A DNA stretch of 64,000 nucleotides from Turneriella sp. GTDB lineage: Bacteria > Spirochaetota > Leptospiria > Turneriellales > Turneriellaceae. The DNA is taken from positions 2,176,001 through 2,240,000 of the forward strand of contig CBDIID010000003.1 in the NCBI GenBank assembly GCA_965279515.1, given 5' to 3'. The notes beneath the pieces were generated by a model that did not search any database, was not told where the DNA came from, and was given only the letters and a program-made list of their open reading frames with translations. The position numbers were made by a program, and so were the translations under genes. Position 1 is the stretch's first letter. Each line of letters begins with the position of its first letter. Of the stretch, positions 47,771 through 57,255 are shown in pieces.

Positions 47771-49747
47771 CTACCCCTGCCGGTCTTGAATCAACAATTC
47801 AACCACGGATGGATCGGCAAGCGTGGATGTATCACCTAACGTCGAAAACTCACCCGCGGCGATCTTGCGCAAAATACGGCGCATGATCTTGCCGCTGCGC
47901 GTCTTCGGCAGTCCCGGTGTGATGTGGATGGCATCGGGCTTGGCGATTGGCCCGATCTCTTTGGAAACCTGCGCGATGAGCGCTTTTTTCAGGTCGTCGG
48001 TTGCGGCGATGCCTTCTTTCAGAATCACGTAGGCATAGATGCCCTGGCCCTTGATGTCGTGCGGAAAACCCACGACCGCCGCTTCGGCCACCGACGGGTG
48101 CAGCACCAATGCCGACTCAACCTCGGCTGTGCCGAGCCGGTGGCCGCTGACGTTGATGACGTCATCGACGCGGCCCGTGATCCAATAGTAGCCGTCTTTG
48201 TCGCGCCGGCAGCCATCCCCCGTAAAATAATAACCCTTGAAGGTCGAGAAGTAAGTCTGGTAAAACCGGTCGGGATCGCCATAGACCCCGCGCATAATCG
48301 CCGGCCAGGGAAATTGGATGCAGAGGTTGCCCTCGGTTTCGCCCTTCAGCGTTTTGCCCTCGGCATCGACGAGCAGCGGCTGCACGCCGAAAAACGGCAG
48401 CGTCGCCGAACCCGGCTTCGTCGTTGTCACACCGGGAATCGGCGAGATCAGCACACCGCCGGTCTCTGTCTGCCACCAGGTATCGACGATCGGGCACTTG
48501 CCCTTGCCGACCGTGCGGTGATACCACAGCCAGGCCTCGGGGTTGATCGGCTCACCGACCGAGCCCAAAAGCCTCAGCGAAGAGAGATCGTGCTTTTTGA
48601 CGGGTTCGTCGCCGAAACGCATCAGCGCGCGGATAGCCGTCGGTGCCGTATAAAAAATCGAAACGTGGTGTTTCGCGACAATCTGCCAGAAGCGGTCGAC
48701 GTGCGGGTATGTGGGAATTCCCTCGAACATGAGCGAGGTGGCGCCGTTGATGAGCGGCCCATAGAGAATGTAACTGTGTCCCGTGACCCAACCTAAATCG
48801 GCGGTGCACCAGTAGGTGTCGGAGTCATGCACGTCGAAGACAATCTTGTGTGTAAACGATGCATAGACACCGTACCCGCCTGTGGTATGCAACACGCCTT
48901 TGGGTTTGCCGGTCGAACCCGATGTGTACAAAATAAAGAGAGGATCTTCACTGTCCTGTTCGGAGGGTTTATTTTTCGCGGAGACCTTTCCTGCCTCTTC
49001 ATGCCACCACAGGTCGCGGCCTTCCTTGAAGTCGACGGCGTCGCCTGTGTGTTTCACGACAAGTACCTTGCGCACCTTCTGCGTGGATTTTTCAAGCGCG
49101 GCGTCGACATTTGCCTTAATCGGAATCACCTTGCCGCCCCGATAACCGGTATCTGACGTAATGATAAAATCAGACGCCGCATCGACCACACGGTCCTTAA
49201 TCGAATCAGGGGAAAATCCACCGAAAATGATCGAATGCACAGCGCCGATGCGCGCGCAGGCCAGCGTCGCCATCGCCAGCTCGGGGATCATCGGCATATA
49301 GATTGTGACGCGGTCGCCCTTTTTGACGCCATGCGCGAGCATTACATTCGCCATACGGCAGACTTCGTGGTACAGTTGCTGATAAGTAAACGTGCGCGAA
49401 GGCGTTGCCGGGTTATCGGGTTCCCAAATGATTGCGGCTTTGTTCTTGCGATCGGTCGCCAGGTGACGGTCGAGAGCATTGTAGCAGAGGTTGACCTTGC
49501 CGCCGACATACCAGGCATTCTGGGCCTTGGCAAAATTCGACTGCAAAACTTTTTTGAACGGCTTAAACCACGTAAGCTGCTGCTTGCCGATCTTACCCCA
49601 GAACGCCTCGGGGTTTTTCACCGACTGATGATACATTTTTTTGTATTCTGCCATGCCCTTGATGTGCGCGCCTTTCACCAGTGCGGGTGCGATTTTTTTC
49701 GGATCGAATTTTTCGTTGGCGTTTTTCGCCTTTGCTTTGGAAGCCAT
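47771..49747 (-). CDS. acs: Acetate--CoA ligase (acetyl-CoA synthetase)
   Basis: [46 protein letters not shown]. Confidence 0.97.
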   Translation of the reverse strand: MASKAKAKNANEKFDPKKIAPALVKGAHIKGMAEYKKMYHQSVKNPEAFWGKIGKQQLTWFKPFKKVLQSNFAKAQNAWYVGGKVNLCYNALDRHLATDRKNKAAIIWEPDNPATPSRTFTYQQLYHEVCRMANVMLAHGVKKGDRVTIYMPMIPELAMATLACARIGAVHSIIFGGFSPDSIKDRVVDAASDFIITSDTGYRGGKVIPIKANVDAALEKSTQKVRKVLVVKHTGDAVDFKEGRDLWWHEEAGKVSAKNKPSEQDSEDPLFILYTSGSTGKPKGVLHTTGGYGVYASFTHKIVFDVHDSDTYWCTADLGWVTGHSYILYGPLINGATSLMFEGIPTYPHVDRFWQIVAKHHVSIFYTAPTAIRALMRFGDEPVKKHDLSSLRLLGSVGEPINPEAWLWYHRTVGKGKCPIVDTWWQTETGGVLISPIPGVTTTKPGSATLPFFGVQPLLVDAEGKTLKGETEGNLCIQFPWPAIMRGVYGDPDRFYQTYFSTFKGYYFTGDGCRRDKDGYYWITGRVDDVINVSGHRLGTAEVESALVLHPSVAEAAVVGFPHDIKGQGIYAYVILKEGIAATDDLKKALIAQVSKEIGPIAKPDAIHITPGLPKTRSGKIMRRILRKIAAGEFSTLGDTSTLADPSVVELLIQDRQG

Positions 49748-50089
49748 GTTCCACGAGTCGCGAATCCGCAAGCGCCGTCAAGGAAATGCGTTGTTCCAGC
49801 GGCGCGCCCTTGCAGAGAGAAAGCCCGCCAGAGCATTTTTAAATTATGTCACATGAATTTCAGCCAATAATTTCAACACAAAACTGAACGCTGCGTTCAA
49901 ACTCTGCTATAGAAAATTTTTATTTTTGGCCTCTGCTGTACTCTGAGCGCGATCTATATATGACGGTGCCCAACCGAACATAAAAAGTTGAACTTAGCGG
50001 GCACGGGACTGGGGCCACCATCCGCAGCGCGCGGCGGATGGCTTGTTCCAAATACCGAAGCACGTTCCGGGCATTGTCCTGGAGGCGTT

Positions 50090-50995
50090 ATGGCCTTGAA
50101 GAACGATCTGGTGCAGGCTGCACCTAAAGTATTGTGCTGGTACGGTGTGCCCTTGCACCTCACCGAAACACAGCGTTTCAATTTATTGCTGCACGATCTC
50201 TATCTGCACACCGCTACAGGTACAGATTTTGAAACATTTGGCCAGCTCAACGGCCGCACGACCGCATACGTCTATTCGTTTGATCATTATGCCCCAACAC
50301 TCAGGGCGCACAGCGAGTCGATGCAGATTTCAGCGGCGAAAAAACTTGCGCACTACATCAATTCATTCTGCAGCCACAACAGTATCGTCGTGACACGCAC
50401 ACTTTCGCCCAAGGTTGAAGATATTTTCCATCAGGCGGATGTCTCCTTTTTGCAGAGAGATTTGACCTTTGAGAAACCATTTTTCCACTTCATCCGCACA
50501 CATGCCTTGCCGCTGTTCCACAAACACGAGCGCCCAGACCGCAACTATATCCGCGTGGTGCCGAAAGAGGCGAACGAGTTCCGTGTGTTCGTAAAAAACC
50601 TGGGCCGCCCCGGAGACGCCACACTCACTGCGCGCCTCATGAACCTCAGCCTCAACGGTTTGAGTCTCAAGATGAATGAGAGCAAGTACCGCAACCTCGA
50701 TCTGCGCGAGGCTGTGCAGGTAACGCTGCGTTCGCCCAAGATGGCCATCCACATCACCTGCGGTTTTGTGACGCGCATCAATACCGACACCGATGAAATT
50801 GCAGTGAATTTTAGCCTGCACGACAAAAGTTTTATCGATAACCGCGACGCCGTGCAGCTGCAGCGCCTGGTACTCATGACGCTCGAACAGGGCGCCCGCA
50901 TGGAACTAGCAAAGAAAGCCGATCCGTCATTTCCCGATCTGAATATTGTAGCCCCCGGCGCGGTAACGCCTGGCGCCGCCAAAGGAGTCACCTGA
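50090..50995 (+). CDS. PilZ domain-containing protein
   Basis: RBS GGAGG; RNYIR (RxxxR) and NLSLNG (NxSxxG). Confidence 0.75.
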   Translation: MALKNDLVQAAPKVLCWYGVPLHLTETQRFNLLLHDLYLHTATGTDFETFGQLNGRTTAYVYSFDHYAPTLRAHSESMQISAAKKLAHYINSFCSHNSIVVTRTLSPKVEDIFHQADVSFLQRDLTFEKPFFHFIRTHALPLFHKHERPDRNYIRVVPKEANEFRVFVKNLGRPGDATLTARLMNLSLNGLSLKMNESKYRNLDLREAVQVTLRSPKMAIHITCGFVTRINTDTDEIAVNFSLHDKSFIDNRDAVQLQRLVLMTLEQGARMELAKKADPSFPDLNIVAPGAVTPGAAKGVT

Positions 50996-51102
50996 TGCTG
51001 TTACGCTTCTTATCTGACCGGATCTGGCTCTACTTTATGTTCGGAATGCGCCCCGAATAAGCCGACGCCTTTACACCCGCCGCGTAAATGTAAACGCGGC
51101 GC

Positions 51103-53013
51103 ATGTGGTCGAACCTTTACCCAAGGCTCGCACTGTTTGTGCGTTTTCTCGCCGTCGTGCTCACGATCAGCATGGCGGCGCGCCTGGCCTTTCTCGTGCT
51201 GTTCCGTGCAGAGGCGGTGCGCACAGATACAGGCGCGGTGCTCTTGTCGCTCGTCGCTGGCCTGCGCTTTGACCTGGCAGCCTTTGCCCTGGTTTTCGGG
51301 TTCTTAATCCTGCTGTTTTCGCTGCCGCTTGTGCCGAAACAGCTGCGTTTAAGCCTATGGGGATTCACCCTGGTTCTGCATTTTCTCTACTTCGCGGTGA
51401 CTGTGGGCGACCTCGTTTTCTATTCCATTTCGCACCGCCGATCATCCGCCGAATTTTTTGCTGTTTTTGCCTCGTTTAAGGACTTCTGGGCCTTTGTCTC
51501 GGGTTCGGCGCTCTATATCATTCTGGGCATTCCCGTAGGTGTGGCGCCGTTCTACCTGCTCTACCGCAAGCAGGTGCGCCGGGAATTGCCACGCATTCCC
51601 GTTCTGCAAAGCCTCGCGCTCATGGTCGTTGTGGCATTGCTTTCGATCATCGCCGTGCGCGGCGGTTTGCAGGGTCGCCCGCTCAATGTCACGCATGCCT
51701 TTGTGGTCGGCGATTATTTTCTCGGCAACGTCACGTTGAACCCGATCTTTGCGACAATCAAACTAGCATATACGGGCGACTCGTTGCCGCTCAACCGCGC
51801 GCTGGGCAACCTGCCCGTCGCCGAAGTGCGTAAAGCCGTTGCGGCTGAGGGTGAATTTTTTCCCCGCGAAGACTATCCGTTTTTTCGCGAAACACAGCCG
51901 ACGGGCGCCATGGTAAAAAGAAACGTCGTGATCTTTATTATGGAAAGCTGGTCGGCCGCCGATCTCGGCTGGTTCGGGCATCCGCTCAAGGCGACGCCTA
52001 ATTTCGACGCTCTCGCTGCAGAGGGAGTCAACTTCACCGAAGCGTATGCGCTCGGCAACCGCTCGATTACCGCGGTACCAACGATTGCCAGTTCTATCGC
52101 CGGTATGTTCGGCAAGCCCTATACGACATCGTCGTATGCCAACAACAAACAGCGCGGCATGGGCACGATCTTTGGCGAAGCGGGTTATGCCGGTTATTTT
52201 GTCACGGGTTACAAGGCGGGCGCGCAGGGATTTTCCACGTATATGCGCGTCGCCGGTTTCGACAAAATTATCACGCGCGAGAATTTGGGCCTCGGTACCG
52301 AAAAGTCAGACGGCGTCTGGGGCATCTATGACCACCACACCTTCGAACGCCTGCACCAAATACTCGACGCCGAAACCAAACCCTTTGTCGCCGTCGTACC
52401 CAGCCTGCACCCGCACCACCCGTATAAGCTTCCCGCCGATTATGCCGAGCGTGAATTTTATAAAGATGTCACCCGCGCGCCGCATTTCAATGCTTTGCGT
52501 TATTCCGATTATGCGCTGGGGCGCTTTTTCACTCTCGCACGCAAGTCGCGGTATTTCGCGAATACAATCTTTATCATCACCGCCGACCACACGTATACGC
52601 AGAACGGCGTGTTAGACAAATACCGGATTCCATTGCTATTCTACGCGCCAGGGTTTCTGCGCTTTGAAAAAAGGAACGGAATAGCCTCGCAGCTGGATAT
52701 CCTACCTTCGCTCATTGACCTCATGCAGGTGAAAACTGCGCATGCCAGCATGGGCAAATCGCTGTGGCGCAAAACGGGCACGCCTTGGGCGATCATCGAC
52801 CTGGATGGCAGCATGGGTTACCTGAGGGCACCCTATGCGGTGCTCGCCAACCGTGAAAGCGGCGTTGCGGCCTATGACATGGCAACCGACCCGGGATTTT
52901 CGCGCGACGTTCTCGGTGAGAGGCGGCCTGCGATTGCCGACCGCCTGCGCGAATGGTTCTCTTATATGAATTTTGTCAACGAGAGCATCGCGAAAAACCG
53001 CATCGCGCCGTAA
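51103..53013 (+). CDS. LTA synthase/phosphoglycerol transferase family (alkaline phosphatase superfamily) membrane protein
   Basis: Five TM, GLRFD, RGG.Q, IMESW, NRS, HPHHPY, TADH. Confidence 0.9.
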   Translation: MWSNLYPRLALFVRFLAVVLTISMAARLAFLVLFRAEAVRTDTGAVLLSLVAGLRFDLAAFALVFGFLILLFSLPLVPKQLRLSLWGFTLVLHFLYFAVTVGDLVFYSISHRRSSAEFFAVFASFKDFWAFVSGSALYIILGIPVGVAPFYLLYRKQVRRELPRIPVLQSLALMVVVALLSIIAVRGGLQGRPLNVTHAFVVGDYFLGNVTLNPIFATIKLAYTGDSLPLNRALGNLPVAEVRKAVAAEGEFFPREDYPFFRETQPTGAMVKRNVVIFIMESWSAADLGWFGHPLKATPNFDALAAEGVNFTEAYALGNRSITAVPTIASSIAGMFGKPYTTSSYANNKQRGMGTIFGEAGYAGYFVTGYKAGAQGFSTYMRVAGFDKIITRENLGLGTEKSDGVWGIYDHHTFERLHQILDAETKPFVAVVPSLHPHHPYKLPADYAEREFYKDVTRAPHFNALRYSDYALGRFFTLARKSRYFANTIFIITADHTYTQNGVLDKYRIPLLFYAPGFLRFEKRNGIASQLDILPSLIDLMQVKTAHASMGKSLWRKTGTPWAIIDLDGSMGYLRAPYAVLANRESGVAAYDMATDPGFSRDVLGERRPAIADRLREWFSYMNFVNESIAKNRIAP

Positions 53014-53940
53014 TTAAAAGAGCGCCGTCATGGCGAGCGCCATACCGTTTTCAGTCTGCCGCGGTGTGAGATACCAATCGAGGCTGCGTTTGCCATCGGC
53101 AGCGACCTTACTCGTCTGCGTGCCTGCATACATGCGGCGAAAATTACGCCCGATCGTAAAACCAACGACTGTACCGATAATCGCACCAGCGATCACGTCT
53201 GAAGTCCAGTGGTAATTGCCATTGATCATAGCGAAACCCATGAGGGCAGAGACGGGATATCCCACCCAGGGAATCCATGGTTTGTCGGGATAAAATCCGT
53301 GGAACGCACTGGCCATGGCAAACATCGAAGAGGTATGCCCCGAAGGCCAGCGCCAACGCCCGGAAGAAACGGATTGTTCGGCAATATTAAAATTAAACTC
53401 CTTATCACGCGGTGTTGTTCCCGTGGTCGCATCGTATTCTGGCCGGGGGCGGCCCGACGCCCACTTCCAGAAAAACACAATACCGCCATTCACCCCCAGC
53501 GCCTGCAAACCCGCAGCGCCTGCAGCCGCCGTTTCATTTGAACCCCAAAAATAGCCGTAAAAGAACATCAGAGTGTGGGGAACGGCGGCGGCAAAGTTAC
53601 CGACCTGCAGAAACCCCTGGTCGACACTGCGCGACCAGACCGGGCTGCGGCTGATGGCCGAGTTGATGCGTTCGTCGAGATTGGTATTCACGATCACAGC
53701 CGTTGATACCGGGACGGAAACCCAGGCGGCGATGTTACCCGGTGACCCCCAAAAGGTGTCCGCGATATTGCCCCACAACCCCGAAAAAAAGTGCAATTTC
53801 GCGGGCGCGGGGGCGGTTGTCGCCGGAGCGGGTTTGGGTGGTTCTTCAGCGGCCGCTATGGCGGTTACGGAGAGAATCAGTAGGGAGAGAAGAATTTTGG
53901 CTGGCTTCGCCCGACGGCAAAAAAATTTGTCTGTAATCAT
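53014..53940 (-). CDS. PAP2 family phosphatase
   Basis: KWASGRPRP, PSGH, HWTSDV. Confidence 0.88.
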   Translation of the reverse strand: MITDKFFCRRAKPAKILLSLLILSVTAIAAAEEPPKPAPATTAPAPAKLHFFSGLWGNIADTFWGSPGNIAAWVSVPVSTAVIVNTNLDERINSAISRSPVWSRSVDQGFLQVGNFAAAVPHTLMFFYGYFWGSNETAAAGAAGLQALGVNGGIVFFWKWASGRPRPEYDATTGTTPRDKEFNFNIAEQSVSSGRWRWPSGHTSSMFAMASAFHGFYPDKPWIPWVGYPVSALMGFAMINGNYHWTSDVIAGAIIGTVVGFTIGRNFRRMYAGTQTSKVAADGKRSLDWYLTPRQTENGMALAMTALF

Positions 53941-54006
53941 CTTGTGGTGATGTCCATAGACGCTTCTAAGTTGAATTATCCGACAGCAGAATACAGGATA
54001 TTAGCC

Positions 54007-55035
54007 CTATTTTCGTTTTCCGGTCTTAACCGGCGACTTACGAACGGCTTTCTTTTTGGGCCGCGGTGATTTTTTTGCGGCTTTTCTTGGGGGCGCCGCT
54101 ATAGCCGCTACACTTGTGGGGTGGGTTACGGGCTTAGTTTTGATACTGAAAAACTTCGCCATCACGATACCGACGATGGCAATGATGAGCACCCCGTACG
54201 CCATGTTGACATACATGGCCTGCACCGGCATCGCGAACGGAAAACCCATCAGCAGGATAAAAATCGCCACATCGCCCGACATCATGCCCACCATAAACAT
54301 GGCAAACTTCAGCATCGGCGATTGCAGATTCCCGCGGATCGTCTCCACATCGTGAACAAACTCCGTCTCGCCTTTCGCACCCTTCAGGTATGTGCGCAGA
54401 CGGCTGATCGAACCCGGATTGAAGACCAGAATCTGGAACCAGTCATTCAGGTAGCTGAACCAGAGCAGGAATGTGCCGTTTCCGGCGGCAATCGTGCGGT
54501 ATTTTTTTTCTATTTCTTCGACAATCGTATCTTTGCCGTCGCGCAGTGCCGCAGAGAACTTGCGACGGAAATGGTCGGTGCCCTGCGCCATGACTCCCGA
54601 AACTGTGGTGCTGAGTAGCAGCGTACCAACGGTTTCCGGAATACTGTGGGCGTTGTTCAGACGCATGAAGAAATAATAGCCGGTCATCAGGCAGAGAAAG
54701 CCAATGGTGTCCCCGAGCATGTCGAGATTGCGGCCCAGCTCAGACGACATGTTTTTGCGACGCGCGATTGTGCCGTCGAGGCAATCGAGCACAGCCCGCA
54801 CCTGGAAGATGATAAAAGCGATCCAGAGATCGGTGGCTGAGCCCCGGGACAGAAACCATGCGCCGACAAAGGCCAGAAACGTGTGCACGATCGTGACCTG
54901 TGTCGGTGTGATCGGCGTGTACGAGAACGGAATATACCAGAGGTTCGCCATCGGGTAATAGATGAATTTATTCGGAAAATCCGTCATCAGCGAGATGAGC
55001 TTCGTTGCCGGAGTTTCTTTCTGTTCTGCCGACAT
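54007..55035 (-). CDS. CDP-alcohol phosphatidyltransferase family protein
   Basis: DCLDGTIARRKNMSSELGRNLDMLGD matches DxxDGxxAR...GxxxDxxxD. Confidence 0.92.
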   Translation of the reverse strand: MSAEQKETPATKLISLMTDFPNKFIYYPMANLWYIPFSYTPITPTQVTIVHTFLAFVGAWFLSRGSATDLWIAFIIFQVRAVLDCLDGTIARRKNMSSELGRNLDMLGDTIGFLCLMTGYYFFMRLNNAHSIPETVGTLLLSTTVSGVMAQGTDHFRRKFSAALRDGKDTIVEEIEKKYRTIAAGNGTFLLWFSYLNDWFQILVFNPGSISRLRTYLKGAKGETEFVHDVETIRGNLQSPMLKFAMFMVGMMSGDVAIFILLMGFPFAMPVQAMYVNMAYGVLIIAIVGIVMAKFFSIKTKPVTHPTSVAAIAAPPRKAAKKSPRPKKKAVRKSPVKTGKRK

Positions 55036-56111
55036 CAGCCGAGATTCCGTTTGAGAAGACTCAGCAATAATTCCATATCGCTGTCGCGGATATCGCCCAT
55101 CACGGCGATGCGGAAAATTTTTCCGGAAAAATTACCCTGGCCAGCGTAGATTGTGAAGCCGTTTGCCTTGAGATCGTCGTGTAATACATCATAACTTTTT
55201 CCTTCGGGCATCAGGAAAGAGGTCAGGTAGCTCGAAAAGACATCGCGCGGGATCAGGGTCTTGACACCGACCGATGCCAGCAGGTCGAGAACGGTGTCTC
55301 GGCGCTTACGGTATACTGTGCGCCGCTGCAGCATGCCACCCATATCGAAAAATTCTTTCAGCGCTTCATGGAGCGCATAGACGCCCTGTACGGACTGTGT
55401 AAACGGAGAAAATCCGCTTTTTTGCGCCTTATAATATTCGAAGAGATCGAGATAGAGACTTTTCGCTTCACTCACGCCCGCCTCGAGCAAGTCGCGGCGT
55501 GCCAGTACAAAAGAAATCGCCGGTATCGAATGCAGGCACTTGTTGCCCGTCGCGGCAACTGCAAGCACATTGTCGAAGGGGATCTCTTCGGCGGCGAAAC
55601 TGGAAACCGCATCGACCATAATGGGAATATTATACTTTTTACCGAGCGCTGCGATGGGTTCGATCGGGTTACGGCGGCCCGTCGTGGTCTCGTGATGAAC
55701 GGTTAAGATAGAATGGTAGTTCGCGGCATCGGTTTTCAGATGCGCTTCGAGAGCCATGAGATCGATACCCTGTGTCCAGTCGCCCTTGATCAGGTTGAAG
55801 GGTTTGCCTTGCCTGGTGAGCATCGTCGCCATACGCTCGCCATAGACGCCGTTTGCGGCAATGAGGCATTTCTTATTCGCCGGCGCAAAACTCTGCAGCA
55901 TTGCTTCGACCGCCGACGTGCCTGAGCCCGTCAACATCACCGGTTGAAAGTCTTTCGCTTCGGGATAGACTTCGGAAATCATTTTCAGAATTTCAAGGCA
56001 GAGGGTTGAAAATTCTTTTTCGCGGTGGCAGAGATCGGGTTTCATCATCGCCGCACGCACGCGGTCAGACAAGGTTACGGGACCGGGGTTTAACAGAATT
56101 TCGCGGCGCAT
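55035..56111 (-). CDS. aepZ: 2-aminoethylphosphonate aminotransferase (class V PLP)
   Basis: LLNPGPV, GSGT, NGVYGER, HHETTTG, DAVSSF, NKCL, IYAGQG. Confidence 0.9.
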   Translation of the reverse strand: MRREILLNPGPVTLSDRVRAAMMKPDLCHREKEFSTLCLEILKMISEVYPEAKDFQPVMLTGSGTSAVEAMLQSFAPANKKCLIAANGVYGERMATMLTRQGKPFNLIKGDWTQGIDLMALEAHLKTDAANYHSILTVHHETTTGRRNPIEPIAALGKKYNIPIMVDAVSSFAAEEIPFDNVLAVAATGNKCLHSIPAISFVLARRDLLEAGVSEAKSLYLDLFEYYKAQKSGFSPFTQSVQGVYALHEALKEFFDMGGMLQRRTVYRKRRDTVLDLLASVGVKTLIPRDVFSSYLTSFLMPEGKSYDVLHDDLKANGFTIYAGQGNFSGKIFRIAVMGDIRDSDMELLLSLLKRNLG

Positions 56112-56112
56112 G

Positions 56113-57255
56113 TTATGTGGCAAGATACTTCTTGAAGCGTTCCGCAACTTGTACCGGAGTTACTTTTGGGCGCGGCAGATCGGAGTTTTCGCCGGGAGCC
56201 GTTTTGATATGGATAAAGGTGAGCGCGTCGCCTTTCACCGCTTCGGCAAAAGCTGTCGAAAACTCGGCAAGCGACGCCGCGAATTTCACGACGGGATATC
56301 CGCAGGCATGTGCAACCAGCGCGAGATCAAGCGAATGCGAAACGGTCTCTTGCCCACCCGTCGAATCATGCACTTCGTTGTCTAAAAGGACGTGGATCAG
56401 ATTTTTTGGGCGCTCATAGCCAACCGTGGCGAGGGCGCCCATACGCATGGTGATCGCGCCATCGCCGTCCAGGGCAACGATCTTACGCTCGGGCTTGGCG
56501 ACGGCAATGCCCAAGGCAAAGCTCGAAACACAACCCATCGAGCCCACCATGTAGAGCTGGCTCTCGCGGTCGTCGAGGGCATAGAGCGCGCGGCCCGTAA
56601 AACCCGTCGTAGCGACAATGGCATGCGGCGCGGGCGTCAGGCGCTGTACTTCGGCAAGAACCTCGCGGCGCAGCGGCCGGCTTGTGCTCTTGCGCTCGCC
56701 CGTGAGCGGCGCGCCCAGCGGCTTGGGGTTCGGCTTCGATGTCAGTTTATGCGGCGCAACTGTGTCTTTCTTCATGACAAGACCGTAGGGTGTGCCCGTC
56801 GAATCCATGTGTTTCACGGCACGGTCGATGACCGCGGCGACATCTTTCTCTTCCGCCGGAAAGAACTCCCACTGGATGCGCATGAGATCAAACAACTCGC
56901 CTGTAATCTGGCCCATGAGTTCGTGCTGCGGCTCGTCATGCGCGCCGCCCGGTTCGCCGCGCCAGGTCGTGATGACGAGCACGGGAACCTTAAAAATCAT
57001 ATTGAGTGAAGTCAAAGGCGAAACCGTATTACCAAAACCTGAATTCTGGAACATCACAACGGCGCGGCGCCCGGCGATCTCAGCCCCCGAAGCGATTGCG
57101 ACCGCATCGCCTTCGTTCGTCGCGCCGATGTATTCGAGATCGGGCGCATCGATGACATAGTTAATGAAAGGTTTCAGGTATGAACAGGGCACTCCCGTAT
57201 AAAGCGAGAAACCAGCGGCTTTTGCCTGTTCAATAAATGTTTTGGCCTCGATCAT
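56113..57255 (-). CDS. aepY: Phosphonopyruvate decarboxylase
   Basis: GVPCSYL, NEGDAV, QNSG.GN, WRGEPG..DEPQH, YMVGSMG, DGDGA, HDSTGGQ. Confidence 0.95.
   Translation of the reverse strand: MIEAKTFIEQAKAAGFSLYTGVPCSYLKPFINYVIDAPDLEYIGATNEGDAVAIASGAEIAGRRAVVMFQNSGFGNTVSPLTSLNMIFKVPVLVITTWRGEPGGAHDEPQHELMGQITGELFDLMRIQWEFFPAEEKDVAAVIDRAVKHMDSTGTPYGLVMKKDTVAPHKLTSKPNPKPLGAPLTGERKSTSRPLRREVLAEVQRLTPAPHAIVATTGFTGRALYALDDRESQLYMVGSMGCVSSFALGIAVAKPERKIVALDGDGAITMRMGALATVGYERPKNLIHVLLDNEVHDSTGGQETVSHSLDLALVAHACGYPVVKFAASLAEFSTAFAEAVKGDALTFIHIKTAPGENSDLPRPKVTPVQVAERFKKYLAT

Noticed and set aside
55035..56111. phnW as an AEP catabolic gene
   Set aside because: No phnX or phnA nearby; coupling to pepM and ppd indicates biosynthesis
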